Below, one piece after another: positions 18,142 to 26,335 of a stretch of 64,000 nt of DNA (its first letter is position 1; the number at the start of each line of letters is the position of its first letter). The notes below the pieces were generated by a model. That model was not told where the DNA came from. It did no database searches and saw only the letters and a list, made by a program, of their open reading frames with translations. The position numbers and the translations under genes are program-made. The stretch covers positions 890 to 64,889 of the forward strand of contig JAVVOY010000006.1 in assembly GCA_036656055.1 (NCBI GenBank). The letters run 5' to 3'. The stretch is from Bacteroidales bacterium (GTDB taxonomy: Bacteria > Bacteroidota > Bacteroidia > Bacteroidales > G3-4614).

Positions 18142-18651
18142 TTATTTATAAGCTTTCAGCATAATTTGCAGTCTTTGCCTTGCAAAGAAAATACGACTCT
18201 TTACAGTTCCTAATGGTAAATTCATGTGTGTTGCTATTTCATGATACTTGTATCCAGAAACATGCATAGAAAAAGGCACTCTGTATTCATCTGAAAAACT
18301 CAATATTGCTTTATTTATCTCTTTAATAGTAAAGGATCCTTCCGGGGTATCAAAGCCTGACTCCTGCGGAAGATTCAGATGATAAAGATCTTCTGTCTGG
18401 TCAACCATCGTCTGATTACGAACTACGCGTCTGTAATTGTTGATGAATATATTCCTCATAATAGTAAATACCCATCCCTTAAAATTTATGTTGTCGATGT
18501 ACTTGTCTTTATTATCCAAAGCTTTAAGTGTTGTGTCTTGTAAAAGATCTTTCGCCTCTTCCCTGTTAGAGGTTAACATGTATGCAAAATTCAATAAATT
18601 GTCCTGCAGTTTCAGCAGTCTGTCTTGAAACAAATCTAAGCTATACTCCAT
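18142..18651 (-). CDS. ECF-type RNA polymerase sigma-70 family factor
   Basis: The track ORF starts at TTG 18687; the first ATG at 18651 gives MEYSLDLFQDRLL... (169 aa). Region 2 (DLLQDTTLKAL...FKGWVFTIMRNIFINNYRR) and region 4 HTH (YKYHEIATHMNLPLGTVKSRIFFARQRL) are recognisable. No anti-sigma gene is adjacent. Confidence 0.85.
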   Translation of the reverse strand: MEYSLDLFQDRLLKLQDNLLNFAYMLTSNREEAKDLLQDTTLKALDNKDKYIDNINFKGWVFTIMRNIFINNYRRVVRNQTMVDQTEDLYHLNLPQESGFDTPEGSFTIKEINKAILSFSDEYRVPFSMHVSGYKYHEIATHMNLPLGTVKSRIFFARQRLQIMLKAYK

Positions 18652-19078
18652 AATAAATTCTTGATTAAAATTTATAAATAAAAGCAAACTACACTCGGAA
18701 AAGTAAAAAACGACAGATAGTCAAAAAATTGAAAGTAAACTAAAAATGCAGGTACTTTATAATGTTTTGACAACAATGCCACAAAAGATCCCTTTTGAGG
18801 CTTCAATCCTTAAACCAATAACAGGTAAGTTGCAAAAATGTTCTGATTTTTAGCCTATTTTTTACAAAAAGGAATCAATTTACATTATGCAGATAATTAT
18901 ATCCTAAATATTTATAACAAAATATTAAAATATAGCGCTTTATTCTCTATCCAAAATTCATCATATTATTTTATGGCTGTGTCGATTTCATAATAATTAA
19001 GTATCTTAGCACCTGTATCCCAATAGTTATTTTGGGCGATTATTTAATTTTAATGTTCTTTTATAATAGTAGAATAAT

Positions 19079-19825
19079 ATGGAATTTATAGCTATAATAC
19101 CAGCCAGATATGCCTCTACACGTTTCCCGGGCAAGCCGTTGGTAGATATGAATGGCAAGCCGATGATAAGACGTGTGTATGAGCAAGTTAAAAAATCTGT
19201 CGATAAGGTTTGTGTCGCTACCGATGATATGAGGATCTTTGATGCTGTTCGCTCTTTTGGCGGAGATGCAGTTATGACCTCAGTGTGTCATAAGAGCGGG
19301 ACAGACAGATGTTGTGAGGCCTACGGTAAGATAGGAGAAGGTGAAGACGTCATAATAAATATACAAGGGGATGAACCATTTATAAACCCCAGCCAGATAG
19401 AAATCGTAAAAAGTTGTTTTGCCGAAGAGGGTACGCAGATAGCTACACTTGTAAAGCAATTTTCAAAGGATGAAGGCTTTGAGGCATTAATGAATCCTAA
19501 TTCACCAAAAGTGGTGCTTGGAAGAGATAACGAAGCACTGTATTTTAGTCGTTCCGTAATACCGTATATTAGGGGGGCAGCACAGGAAGAGTGGCTCAGT
19601 CGTGGTATATTTTACAAACATATAGGTATGTATGCATACCGTGCGGATATATTAAAACAGATAACAAAACTTCCGCAAACACAGCTGGAAATTTCAGAAT
19701 CACTTGAGCAGTTGCGATGGCTTCAGAACGGTTATAAGATACGTGCAGGAATTACGACACAAGATACGATAGGTATAGATACCCCGGAAGATATGGCGAA
19801 AGCCTTAGCGCGTTTTGCGCAGTAA
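19079..19825 (+). CDS. kdsB: 3-deoxy-manno-octulosonate cytidylyltransferase (CMP-KDO synthetase)
   Basis: 248 aa. IIPARYASTRFPGKPL, VATDD, SGTDR, NIQGDEP and LEQLRWLQNGYKI are canonical KdsB motifs. Confidence 0.95.
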   Translation: MEFIAIIPARYASTRFPGKPLVDMNGKPMIRRVYEQVKKSVDKVCVATDDMRIFDAVRSFGGDAVMTSVCHKSGTDRCCEAYGKIGEGEDVIINIQGDEPFINPSQIEIVKSCFAEEGTQIATLVKQFSKDEGFEALMNPNSPKVVLGRDNEALYFSRSVIPYIRGAAQEEWLSRGIFYKHIGMYAYRADILKQITKLPQTQLEISESLEQLRWLQNGYKIRAGITTQDTIGIDTPEDMAKALARFAQ

Positions 19826-19917
19826 TGGCAAATGATTATTCCAACTACACTTATGCAAAACTTGAGTGAATTTGCTACAATTAAAATTGCATAAATAAAA
19901 TTAGATGAATTTATAAA

Positions 19918-21222
19918 ATGACAGAACCATTTCGCAGAGATATTGCCCCGAAGATTCATAACTTTGCTCCGTTTCGTTATCCTCTGCCTCAAACTGAAAT
20001 AAGCGATAACGGAATTCCGGTGTATGTAATACCAGGAGAGAAACACGAAGTTACACGTACAGATGTAATATTTATGCACGGAAGTTACGAACAACGGCTT
20101 AATCTGCAGGCTTCTGCAACAGCATCTGCAATGTGTGAGTCAACAACAACTCATACATCGGCCAAGGTATCCGATATTCTTGACTTTTACGGCGGATGGA
20201 TGCAAAAATCTGTATCGTACCATTATACAATATTTACTCTATATGCCCCTAACACCTCATTCGATAGATTACTACCGTTGTTTATAGAGTTGATGATTAA
20301 ACCACGGTTCAGCAAAAGAGATTTATCGCTGTATAAAATAAAAGGTGAAGAAGAGTTCAAAGTAAAAGAGACGAAAGAAGAATTTATGTCAGGGCGAAGA
20401 TTTAGAGAGATGCTTTTTGGCTCTCATCCATACGGCGTAACAGCTTCGTTCACAGATTTTAGCCGGCTTACGCCTGATTTATTAAAAGAGTACCACAACC
20501 TTTATTATGTGGCCGAATGTTGTTCTGTTGTCTTTTCGGGTTGTATAAACCATGCCATGATATCAAAACTCATGAATTTGTTGTGCAATATAAAAACAGG
20601 TAGCAAAAAGCAGGATATTGTAATGACAATTGCTGACAATAGAGATAAAAAAAGATTCTCGCACATTGAAAAAGATGACGCATTGCAGTGTGCAGTACGT
20701 ATTGGCGGTACTGTTATAAATCGGGATAATCCAGATTATATGCAACTTATAATTTTAAACACTGTGTTAGGAGGATATTTTGGAAGCCGTCTTATGAAAA
20801 ATATCCGAGAAGACAAAGGTTATACATACGGAATAAATTCATGGATAATAGGGATGCCTGATGCTGCATATATAAGCATTTCGGCGCAGAGTGCCGTAGA
20901 TTTCACCGGTGATCTTATTAAAGAGACGTTTAGAGAAATTGAGAGACTTTGCGCAGAGAAAATTTCAGAATCGGAAATTAAAACCGTGAAGGGATATATG
21001 CTTGGAGAGCTTGCCCGTACTTTCGATAATCGTTTTACACTTGCAGACGCTCTTATTACGATGATAGTAAATATGCTCCCGTTTGACTATTTCGACAGAA
21101 AGTCAGAAGCCGTGAACGATGTTTCATCAACCGCGTTATTAGATATTGCACAAAAAAACTTCCATCCCGAAACTATGTTTACCGTGGTTGCCGGTGGCGG
21201 AAAAAATAAAATATTAATATGA
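19918..21222 (+). CDS. M16 (pitrilysin/insulinase) family protein, probably non-catalytic
   Basis: 434 aa with M16-type two-domain organisation (...YHYTIFTLYAP..., ...LGGYFGSRLMKNIREDKGYTYG...). I found no HxxEH zinc motif anywhere in the sequence. Confidence 0.7.
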   Translation: MTEPFRRDIAPKIHNFAPFRYPLPQTEISDNGIPVYVIPGEKHEVTRTDVIFMHGSYEQRLNLQASATASAMCESTTTHTSAKVSDILDFYGGWMQKSVSYHYTIFTLYAPNTSFDRLLPLFIELMIKPRFSKRDLSLYKIKGEEEFKVKETKEEFMSGRRFREMLFGSHPYGVTASFTDFSRLTPDLLKEYHNLYYVAECCSVVFSGCINHAMISKLMNLLCNIKTGSKKQDIVMTIADNRDKKRFSHIEKDDALQCAVRIGGTVINRDNPDYMQLIILNTVLGGYFGSRLMKNIREDKGYTYGINSWIIGMPDAAYISISAQSAVDFTGDLIKETFREIERLCAEKISESEIKTVKGYMLGELARTFDNRFTLADALITMIVNMLPFDYFDRKSEAVNDVSSTALLDIAQKNFHPETMFTVVAGGGKNKILI

Positions 21223-21665
21223 AAAAGAGATTGACTATCGCCCTTGTGGCACATGACAAAAGGAAAGCAGATATTGTAGAGTGGGCTATACATAATGCCG
21301 AATTGCTTTCACATCATCAGTTGATATGTACCGGCACAACAGGAAGCCTAATAAAAAAAGCTTTTGAAGAACACAATATAGAGGCGGATGTAATATGTAA
21401 AAACTCAGGTCCTTTGGGTGGGGATGCCGAGATTGCTGCAATGGTTGTAAATCATCAGATAGACCTTGCCGTATTCTTGATAGACGATCTTAATGCCCAA
21501 CCGCATGAGGCAGATATACAAATGCTCCTTCGCCAATGCCGTATACACAATGTCCCTATTGCCTGTAACCGTTACAGTGCAGATCTAATGATTACAAGTA
21601 CATTATGGGATAGTGACGACTATGTCCCGACAGCACCCAAATACGAGCATTTCAGCAGAGAATAA
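21219..21665 (+). CDS. mgsA: Methylglyoxal synthase
   Basis: 148 aa. IALVAHDKRK, LICTGTTG, GPLGGD and DDLNAQPHEADIQMLLR align by eye with E. coli MgsA. The start overlaps the M16 gene stop by 4 nt. Confidence 0.93.
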   Translation: MKKRLTIALVAHDKRKADIVEWAIHNAELLSHHQLICTGTTGSLIKKAFEEHNIEADVICKNSGPLGGDAEIAAMVVNHQIDLAVFLIDDLNAQPHEADIQMLLRQCRIHNVPIACNRYSADLMITSTLWDSDDYVPTAPKYEHFSRE

Positions 21666-21716
21666 CAGCGCTAAAATACTGAATATCTGATATAAATTAC
21701 AATTGCCCCCTTTGCT

Positions 21717-22421
21717 TTATTTGTAAATTAGGAATATGGTAGGGATCTTATTTATATCCGGTTTTTTTGTACTCCACTCTTTTACTGACATACTTCTTAT
21801 AAACTCACCCTCGCACGATATATTTGCAGCAATACATAACTGTGTTTGAGGACGGCACGTCCGTAGAATATCATCCAGAATTTTATTATTGCGGTATGGA
21901 GTTTCTATAAATATTTGTGTATTGTTTTCATTATAAGCCCTTAATTCAAGAGCCTTAAGGCTCCTGCTACGTTCTTCCGCCTCTATTGGTATATATCCGT
22001 TAAACGTAAATTTTTGTCCATTAAAGCCTGATGCCATCAGCGACATCAATATTGAAGACGGACCTACAAGTGGAACTACTTTAATACCCCTCTTCTGGGC
22101 TATCTCCACAATATTAGCCCCCGGATCAGCAATTGCCGGACAACCGGCTTCCGATATAATCCCTATATCGCAGCCACTTTTAATAGCCTGCAAATAACTG
22201 TCCATATCTTCAAGGTGCGTATGATCATTAAGCGTGTAAAAAGTAAGGTCGTCAATTACTATATCGGGGGAAGATTTTTTGAGAAAGCGTCTTGCCGAGC
22301 GTATATCTTCAACTATAAAATGCTTTATCTCCGATATTATGCTGTTGTTGTACGAAGGAAGAACCTTGTCTATTGGGGTGTCTCCTAAAGTTACAGGGAT
22401 AAGATATAGTATTCCGTCCAT
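21717..22421 (-). CDS. SAM-dependent tetrapyrrole-methylase-superfamily methyltransferase, RsmI-like (rRNA 2'-O-methyltransferase family)
   Basis: 234 aa. GILYLIPVTLGD..., IGIISEAGCPAIADPG and IPLVGPSSILMSLMASG are typical of the RsmI/YraL family. Confidence 0.75.
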   Translation of the reverse strand: MDGILYLIPVTLGDTPIDKVLPSYNNSIISEIKHFIVEDIRSARRFLKKSSPDIVIDDLTFYTLNDHTHLEDMDSYLQAIKSGCDIGIISEAGCPAIADPGANIVEIAQKRGIKVVPLVGPSSILMSLMASGFNGQKFTFNGYIPIEAEERSRSLKALELRAYNENNTQIFIETPYRNNKILDDILRTCRPQTQLCIAANISCEGEFIRSMSVKEWSTKKPDINKIPTIFLIYK

Positions 22422-22428
22422 AATGCCA

Positions 22429-22436
22429 CAAAGATA
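22429..22436 (-). promoter_or_regulatory. -7 box TATCTTTG (minus strand), 7 nt upstream of the RsmI-like ATG
   Basis: Plus-strand caaagata is TATCTTTG on the minus strand. The minus-strand reading is TATCTTTGtggcattATG. Confidence 0.5.
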
Positions 22437-22573
22437 GTGTAATAGAGTGAAAAATCCAGGTTATTTGAACGTTTAAGAGAGTAATATTTTTTATATATAG
22501 ATCTATTTTTATGTATTTAGCCCAGCATACACTATCTTTGCCTCAAATAAACTAAGACTAAAAAACTGAAAAA

Positions 22574-22936
22574 ATGGTTGAATTTAAAAGTTTTATAGAA
22601 CTGGCAGATATTAAAATATACGCATATCATGGCACAACCATGCAGGAGCGTAAAATAGGGAACAACTATAAAGTAAAAATAAAAGTCTGTTTCAATATTT
22701 CTGCCGCAATGAATAGTGATTCCATTAATGATACAATTAACTATGCCGATCTTTACGATATCGTAAAATGTGAAATGATGATGCCATCCAACCTTATCGA
22801 AAACGTTGCGGGGCGTATAATGGCGGCTGTCAAGAAGAACTTTCCACAGGTAACCGGTGGAAAAATTGAAGTAACAAAAATTAAACCTCCTATTGCAGGT
22901 GATGTGGCAGGCGCATCTGTAATAGTAAAATGGTAA
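22574..22936 (+). CDS. folB: Dihydroneopterin aldolase
   Basis: 120 aa. IKIYAYHGTTMQERKIGNNYKVKIKV, INYADLYDIV and IENVAGRI are typical FolB segments. Confidence 0.85.
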   Translation: MVEFKSFIELADIKIYAYHGTTMQERKIGNNYKVKIKVCFNISAAMNSDSINDTINYADLYDIVKCEMMMPSNLIENVAGRIMAAVKKNFPQVTGGKIEVTKIKPPIAGDVAGASVIVKW

Positions 22937-23000
22937 CCAAATATCACACCTACAATAAGATAGATAATGCTGCGTTAAACTAATATAGTACAATAACGAG

Positions 23001-24275
23001 ATGAGCAGATATATATATATCATAATATTATTTATTTTAACCGTAGCACATACGGTCGCACAAGATAATATTACCTATCGGACAACAAGCCTCGATGATA
23101 GAATACACTCATTACAGGTGATGTCTAATCGCGGATTTATTTCCCCTCCTGTAATAGAATTAGGAAGAGACGACCATATCAATATATCGTTCGATCTATT
23201 TGGCGATGAACAGGAAGATTTGAGTTACAGCGTAATACACTGTAATGCCAACTGGAAACCATCACTTCTCTCTACGCTTGAATATATTAATGGCTTTGAT
23301 GTACAACAGTTAAGCGATTGGGCGCTCTCGTTCAATACAAGACGTAGCTATGTTAACTACAAATTACAACTTCCTAATAGTGAGATATCCTTTAAAGTAT
23401 CCGGAAATTATGCCGTAGTGGTATATCCTCAAAACGACAGAAAACAGCCGTTGCTGTATGCCTGTTTCTCAGTAAGTGAAGATGCCGTAAAAATAGACTG
23501 TGATGCCAATTCAAGGACAGACGTCGGTTATACTGGAGAGTTTCAGCAGGTATCATTCAGAATAGCGCGCCGTAACTATGATATAGTCAATCCTACGAGC
23601 GACCTTAAGATATATGTAATGCAGAATAACAGGCTTGATAATATGGCATTCGTCTCAACTCCTCAATATTTCAACAATAATGAAATTGTTTACGAGCATA
23701 ACCGTGATCTTATATTTGAGGCAGGAAATGAATACCGCAGATTTGAGACTGTGAATAGTCGTTTTAAAGGGATGCGTGTTGAACGGTTAGCATATTTCGA
23801 TCCATATTATCACGCAATATTGGAGACTGATCGGCCTCGGACAGAAAATAGCTACCAGTATGATGAGACACAACACGGGAAATACCTTATACGCGAAAGT
23901 GATTATGAAGAGAATAGCGATACACAGGGTGATTATTTTGTAGTTCATTTCACATTAGACACACAAGGTATGCTTCTGCCGGCAGGAGATATTTATATTG
24001 ACGGGGAGTTGGCGGAGAATCGTTTTGGAGAACGCATGCGTATGATGCTGAATCCAAAAACAGGTATGTACGAAAAAATAGTCATGTTGAAACAAGGTTC
24101 ATATAACTACCAATATCTGTTTGTTCCCAAAGGGGAAACAAAGGGAAAAAGTTCCGTAATTGAGGGAAACAAGTACCAGACAAGTAACGAATACCGCGTA
24201 AATGTATACCATCGCCGACCGGGAGAGCGTTACGACCGGCTTATTGGAATATCGCGGTGTCTTACTTCCAGATAG
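23001..24275 (+). CDS. DUF5103 / type IX secretion system plug-like protein
   Basis: 424 aa with a signal peptide. IHSLQV...PVIELGRDDHINISFDLFGDEQEDLSYSVIHCNANWKPSLLSTLEYINGF matches my recollection of the DUF5103 (T9SS_plug_1st) N-terminal signature (HCNADW..S.L...EY..GF). Confidence 0.6.
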   Translation: MSRYIYIIILFILTVAHTVAQDNITYRTTSLDDRIHSLQVMSNRGFISPPVIELGRDDHINISFDLFGDEQEDLSYSVIHCNANWKPSLLSTLEYINGFDVQQLSDWALSFNTRRSYVNYKLQLPNSEISFKVSGNYAVVVYPQNDRKQPLLYACFSVSEDAVKIDCDANSRTDVGYTGEFQQVSFRIARRNYDIVNPTSDLKIYVMQNNRLDNMAFVSTPQYFNNNEIVYEHNRDLIFEAGNEYRRFETVNSRFKGMRVERLAYFDPYYHAILETDRPRTENSYQYDETQHGKYLIRESDYEENSDTQGDYFVVHFTLDTQGMLLPAGDIYIDGELAENRFGERMRMMLNPKTGMYEKIVMLKQGSYNYQYLFVPKGETKGKSSVIEGNKYQTSNEYRVNVYHRRPGERYDRLIGISRCLTSR

Positions 24276-24292
24276 TAGATAACCTGAGCCTG

Positions 24293-24769
24293 CTACTCTT
24301 CATTTAATTTTTCGCCTATTATACGTGCGGCAACAGCAACATATTCAGCACACGGTCTACGCTTGTAGTAATCCGTTGTCCGTTCAGCTGGAATATGCGA
24401 CTCTTTTACTTCGCCCTGTAATCCCAGCAGATCGCGACATATAATAGATCCGTTTTTTTCGCGAAATTTAGAAGCAAGCTCTTGCACTACGGCATAGTTT
24501 TTTGTCTTAGCTGCCCTATCAAGAGGGTCGTCAGCAGGATATTTAAGACCTGCCAGAAGAAAAGATCCGCTTACCGCGCCGCAAACCTCTCGCAGTCGCC
24601 CCATACCTCCGCCAAGCGGAGCCGAAATACGCGCTGCAAACTTCTCATCCAACTCAAAAATATCAGCATAAGCCATAAAAACAGATTGAGAACAGTTGTA
24701 ACCGCTTTTAAAATAGGATACGGCACGTTGTACCCTTTCATCTATATCTATTGTATTATTCATTACCAT
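24293..24769 (-). CDS. C_GCAxxG_C_C family protein
   Basis: 158 aa. GYNCSQSV, CGAVSG and ...ICRDLL...RRPCAEYV reproduce the Cys pattern that names the family. No in-frame TGA is present. Confidence 0.8.
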   Translation of the reverse strand: MVMNNTIDIDERVQRAVSYFKSGYNCSQSVFMAYADIFELDEKFAARISAPLGGGMGRLREVCGAVSGSFLLAGLKYPADDPLDRAAKTKNYAVVQELASKFREKNGSIICRDLLGLQGEVKESHIPAERTTDYYKRRPCAEYVAVAARIIGEKLNEE

Positions 24770-25425
24770 TTTATGGATTTTATGCCATGTTGTATAAGAT
24801 AATCATTTGTACGGCTGAAGTGCTTATTACCAAAGAATCCCCGGTGAGCTGAGAGTGGAGACGGATGTGGGGATGAAAGTATAAGATGCTTGTTCCGGTC
24901 TATAAACGCCCCTTTTTTTTGCGCGTATGAACCCCAGAGCAAGAATACGATATGTTCTCTCTCCTCGGCAAGCCTGTGTATGACAGCATCGGTAAACTCC
25001 TCCCACCCCTTGCCCTGATGTGAGCCGGCTTGATGAGCCCTTACTGTAAGTGTGGCGTTAAGTAGCAACACTCCTTGTTCAGCCCAGCGTTGCAGGTTGC
25101 CGTCAGCCGACTGACAGCTACCAAGATCATCGTTTATCTCTTTGAATATATTCTTGAGTGAGGGTGGAAAATTTATTCCGGCATTTACCGAAAAACACAA
25201 TCCGTGTGCCTGCCCCGGTTCATGATACGGATCTTGCCCTATTATAACAACCTTTACATTATCGAAAGGAGAAGAATTAAATGCGTTGAATATCAACTTT
25301 GCCGGAGGGTAAACAGTTGTGCGAGAATATTCTGCACGTATAAAATCCGTAAGAATAGAAAAATACGGTTTCTCGAACTCTGATTGCAGGCGGTTGCGCC
25401 AACTCTCCTCAATATCTACATTCAT
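24763..25425 (-). CDS. ung: Uracil-DNA glycosylase
   Basis: 220 aa. VVIIGQDPYH, GVLLLNATLTV and HPSPLSA are canonical family-1 UDG motifs. The 3' end overlaps the next gene by 7 nt. Confidence 0.96.
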   Translation of the reverse strand: MNVDIEESWRNRLQSEFEKPYFSILTDFIRAEYSRTTVYPPAKLIFNAFNSSPFDNVKVVIIGQDPYHEPGQAHGLCFSVNAGINFPPSLKNIFKEINDDLGSCQSADGNLQRWAEQGVLLLNATLTVRAHQAGSHQGKGWEEFTDAVIHRLAEEREHIVFLLWGSYAQKKGAFIDRNKHLILSSPHPSPLSAHRGFFGNKHFSRTNDYLIQHGIKSIKW

Positions 25426-25788
25426 ACACTCAATTCATTAAATCTATTGCGAAGGTACAAATATTTCATCAATATCAATAATACAAATAGTTATTTTTAA
25501 ATTCACAGTCTACCTTTGATACGTATCTAATATACCCATAAATACCACTTGTATAACATATTAGATCTCCCTCACATCATATCTGCATGAACAGGATAAA
25601 TACATTACGAAACCTATTTAATCATTATATCAGTTTTTGTATAATATGCAATTTCAATACGCAGTTCATCACCTTTTATCATCTGTACAATGTTTATTTC
25701 ATAGCTCACTATGCCGAAATGCTTATAAATATTGTATTGTAAATATGGTAATAATCATTTTTTCATCACTTAATTTAAAATAAACCGT

Positions 25789-25796
25789 TATCTTTG
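25789..25796 (+). promoter_or_regulatory. -7 box TATCTTTG for the yhcH-glgB-ATPase transcription unit
   Basis: tatctttg matches TAnnTTTG, 80 nt upstream of the ATG at 25876. Confidence 0.4.
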
Positions 25797-25875
25797 CTTC
25801 AGATCAAAAATCAAAAAATACATATATAAAATGATCTTTTTTTATAAAATATAAATTAGATAATTTATTAACATT

Positions 25876-26322
25876 ATGATTTTAGATGTAATAGAGAATT
25901 CTGCTTTGATAGAGAAACTTAATCCACGTTTTAAAAAAGCGTTCGATTTTATAAAGAGTTTCGATTTCCGCTCTTCGCAGCCAGGACGTATTGATATAGA
26001 CGGCAATGATATTTATGCTTCTATATCAGAATTTGGCGGTAAGTTGGCTGGTGAAGCAAAATTAGAGACACACACACGGTATATTGACATACAGATACCT
26101 ATTAACGTGATTGAAACCATCGGATGGAAGAGTGCATCAAATTTAAGTTTACCGGCAGGTGATTATGACATTGAAAATGATATTCGTTTTTACGAAGACG
26201 AACCTACAACTTATATCAATATAACTCATGGCGAATACATCCTGTTTTTTCCCGAAGATGCACATGCTCCCGGTATTTCACGCACAATGATAAAAAAGGC
26301 GGTTGTAAAGGTGAAGATATAG
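25876..26322 (+). CDS. YhcH/YjgK/YiaL (DUF386) family protein
   Basis: 148 aa. The cupin-like small protein has ...IDIDGNDIYASISEF...ETHTRYIDIQIPI...FFPEDAHAP..., the typical family pattern. Confidence 0.7.
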   Translation: MILDVIENSALIEKLNPRFKKAFDFIKSFDFRSSQPGRIDIDGNDIYASISEFGGKLAGEAKLETHTRYIDIQIPINVIETIGWKSASNLSLPAGDYDIENDIRFYEDEPTTYINITHGEYILFFPEDAHAPGISRTMIKKAVVKVKI

Positions 26323-26335
26323 TAATATAAATAAC

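Noticed and set aside
18746-18853. 35-codon ORF (MQVLYNVLTTMPQKIPFEASILKPITGKLQKCSDF) in the 427-bp spacer between the sigma factor gene and kdsB
   Set aside because: It has no hydrophobic or otherwise distinctive pattern and no promoter box in a suitable position. Its composition is indistinguishable from the surrounding spacer.
22532-23023. 163-aa minus-strand ORF overlapping folB and the start of the plug-like gene
   Set aside because: It overlaps two plus-strand genes that have clear family motifs. Its Cys/Tyr/Phe-rich translation looks like noise from AT-rich DNA.
24293-24769. Possible selenocysteine recoding in the C_GCAxxG_C_C family gene
   Set aside because: The ORF is uninterrupted with Cys at the signature positions. 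There is no in-frame TGA or downstream SECIS-like hairpin.
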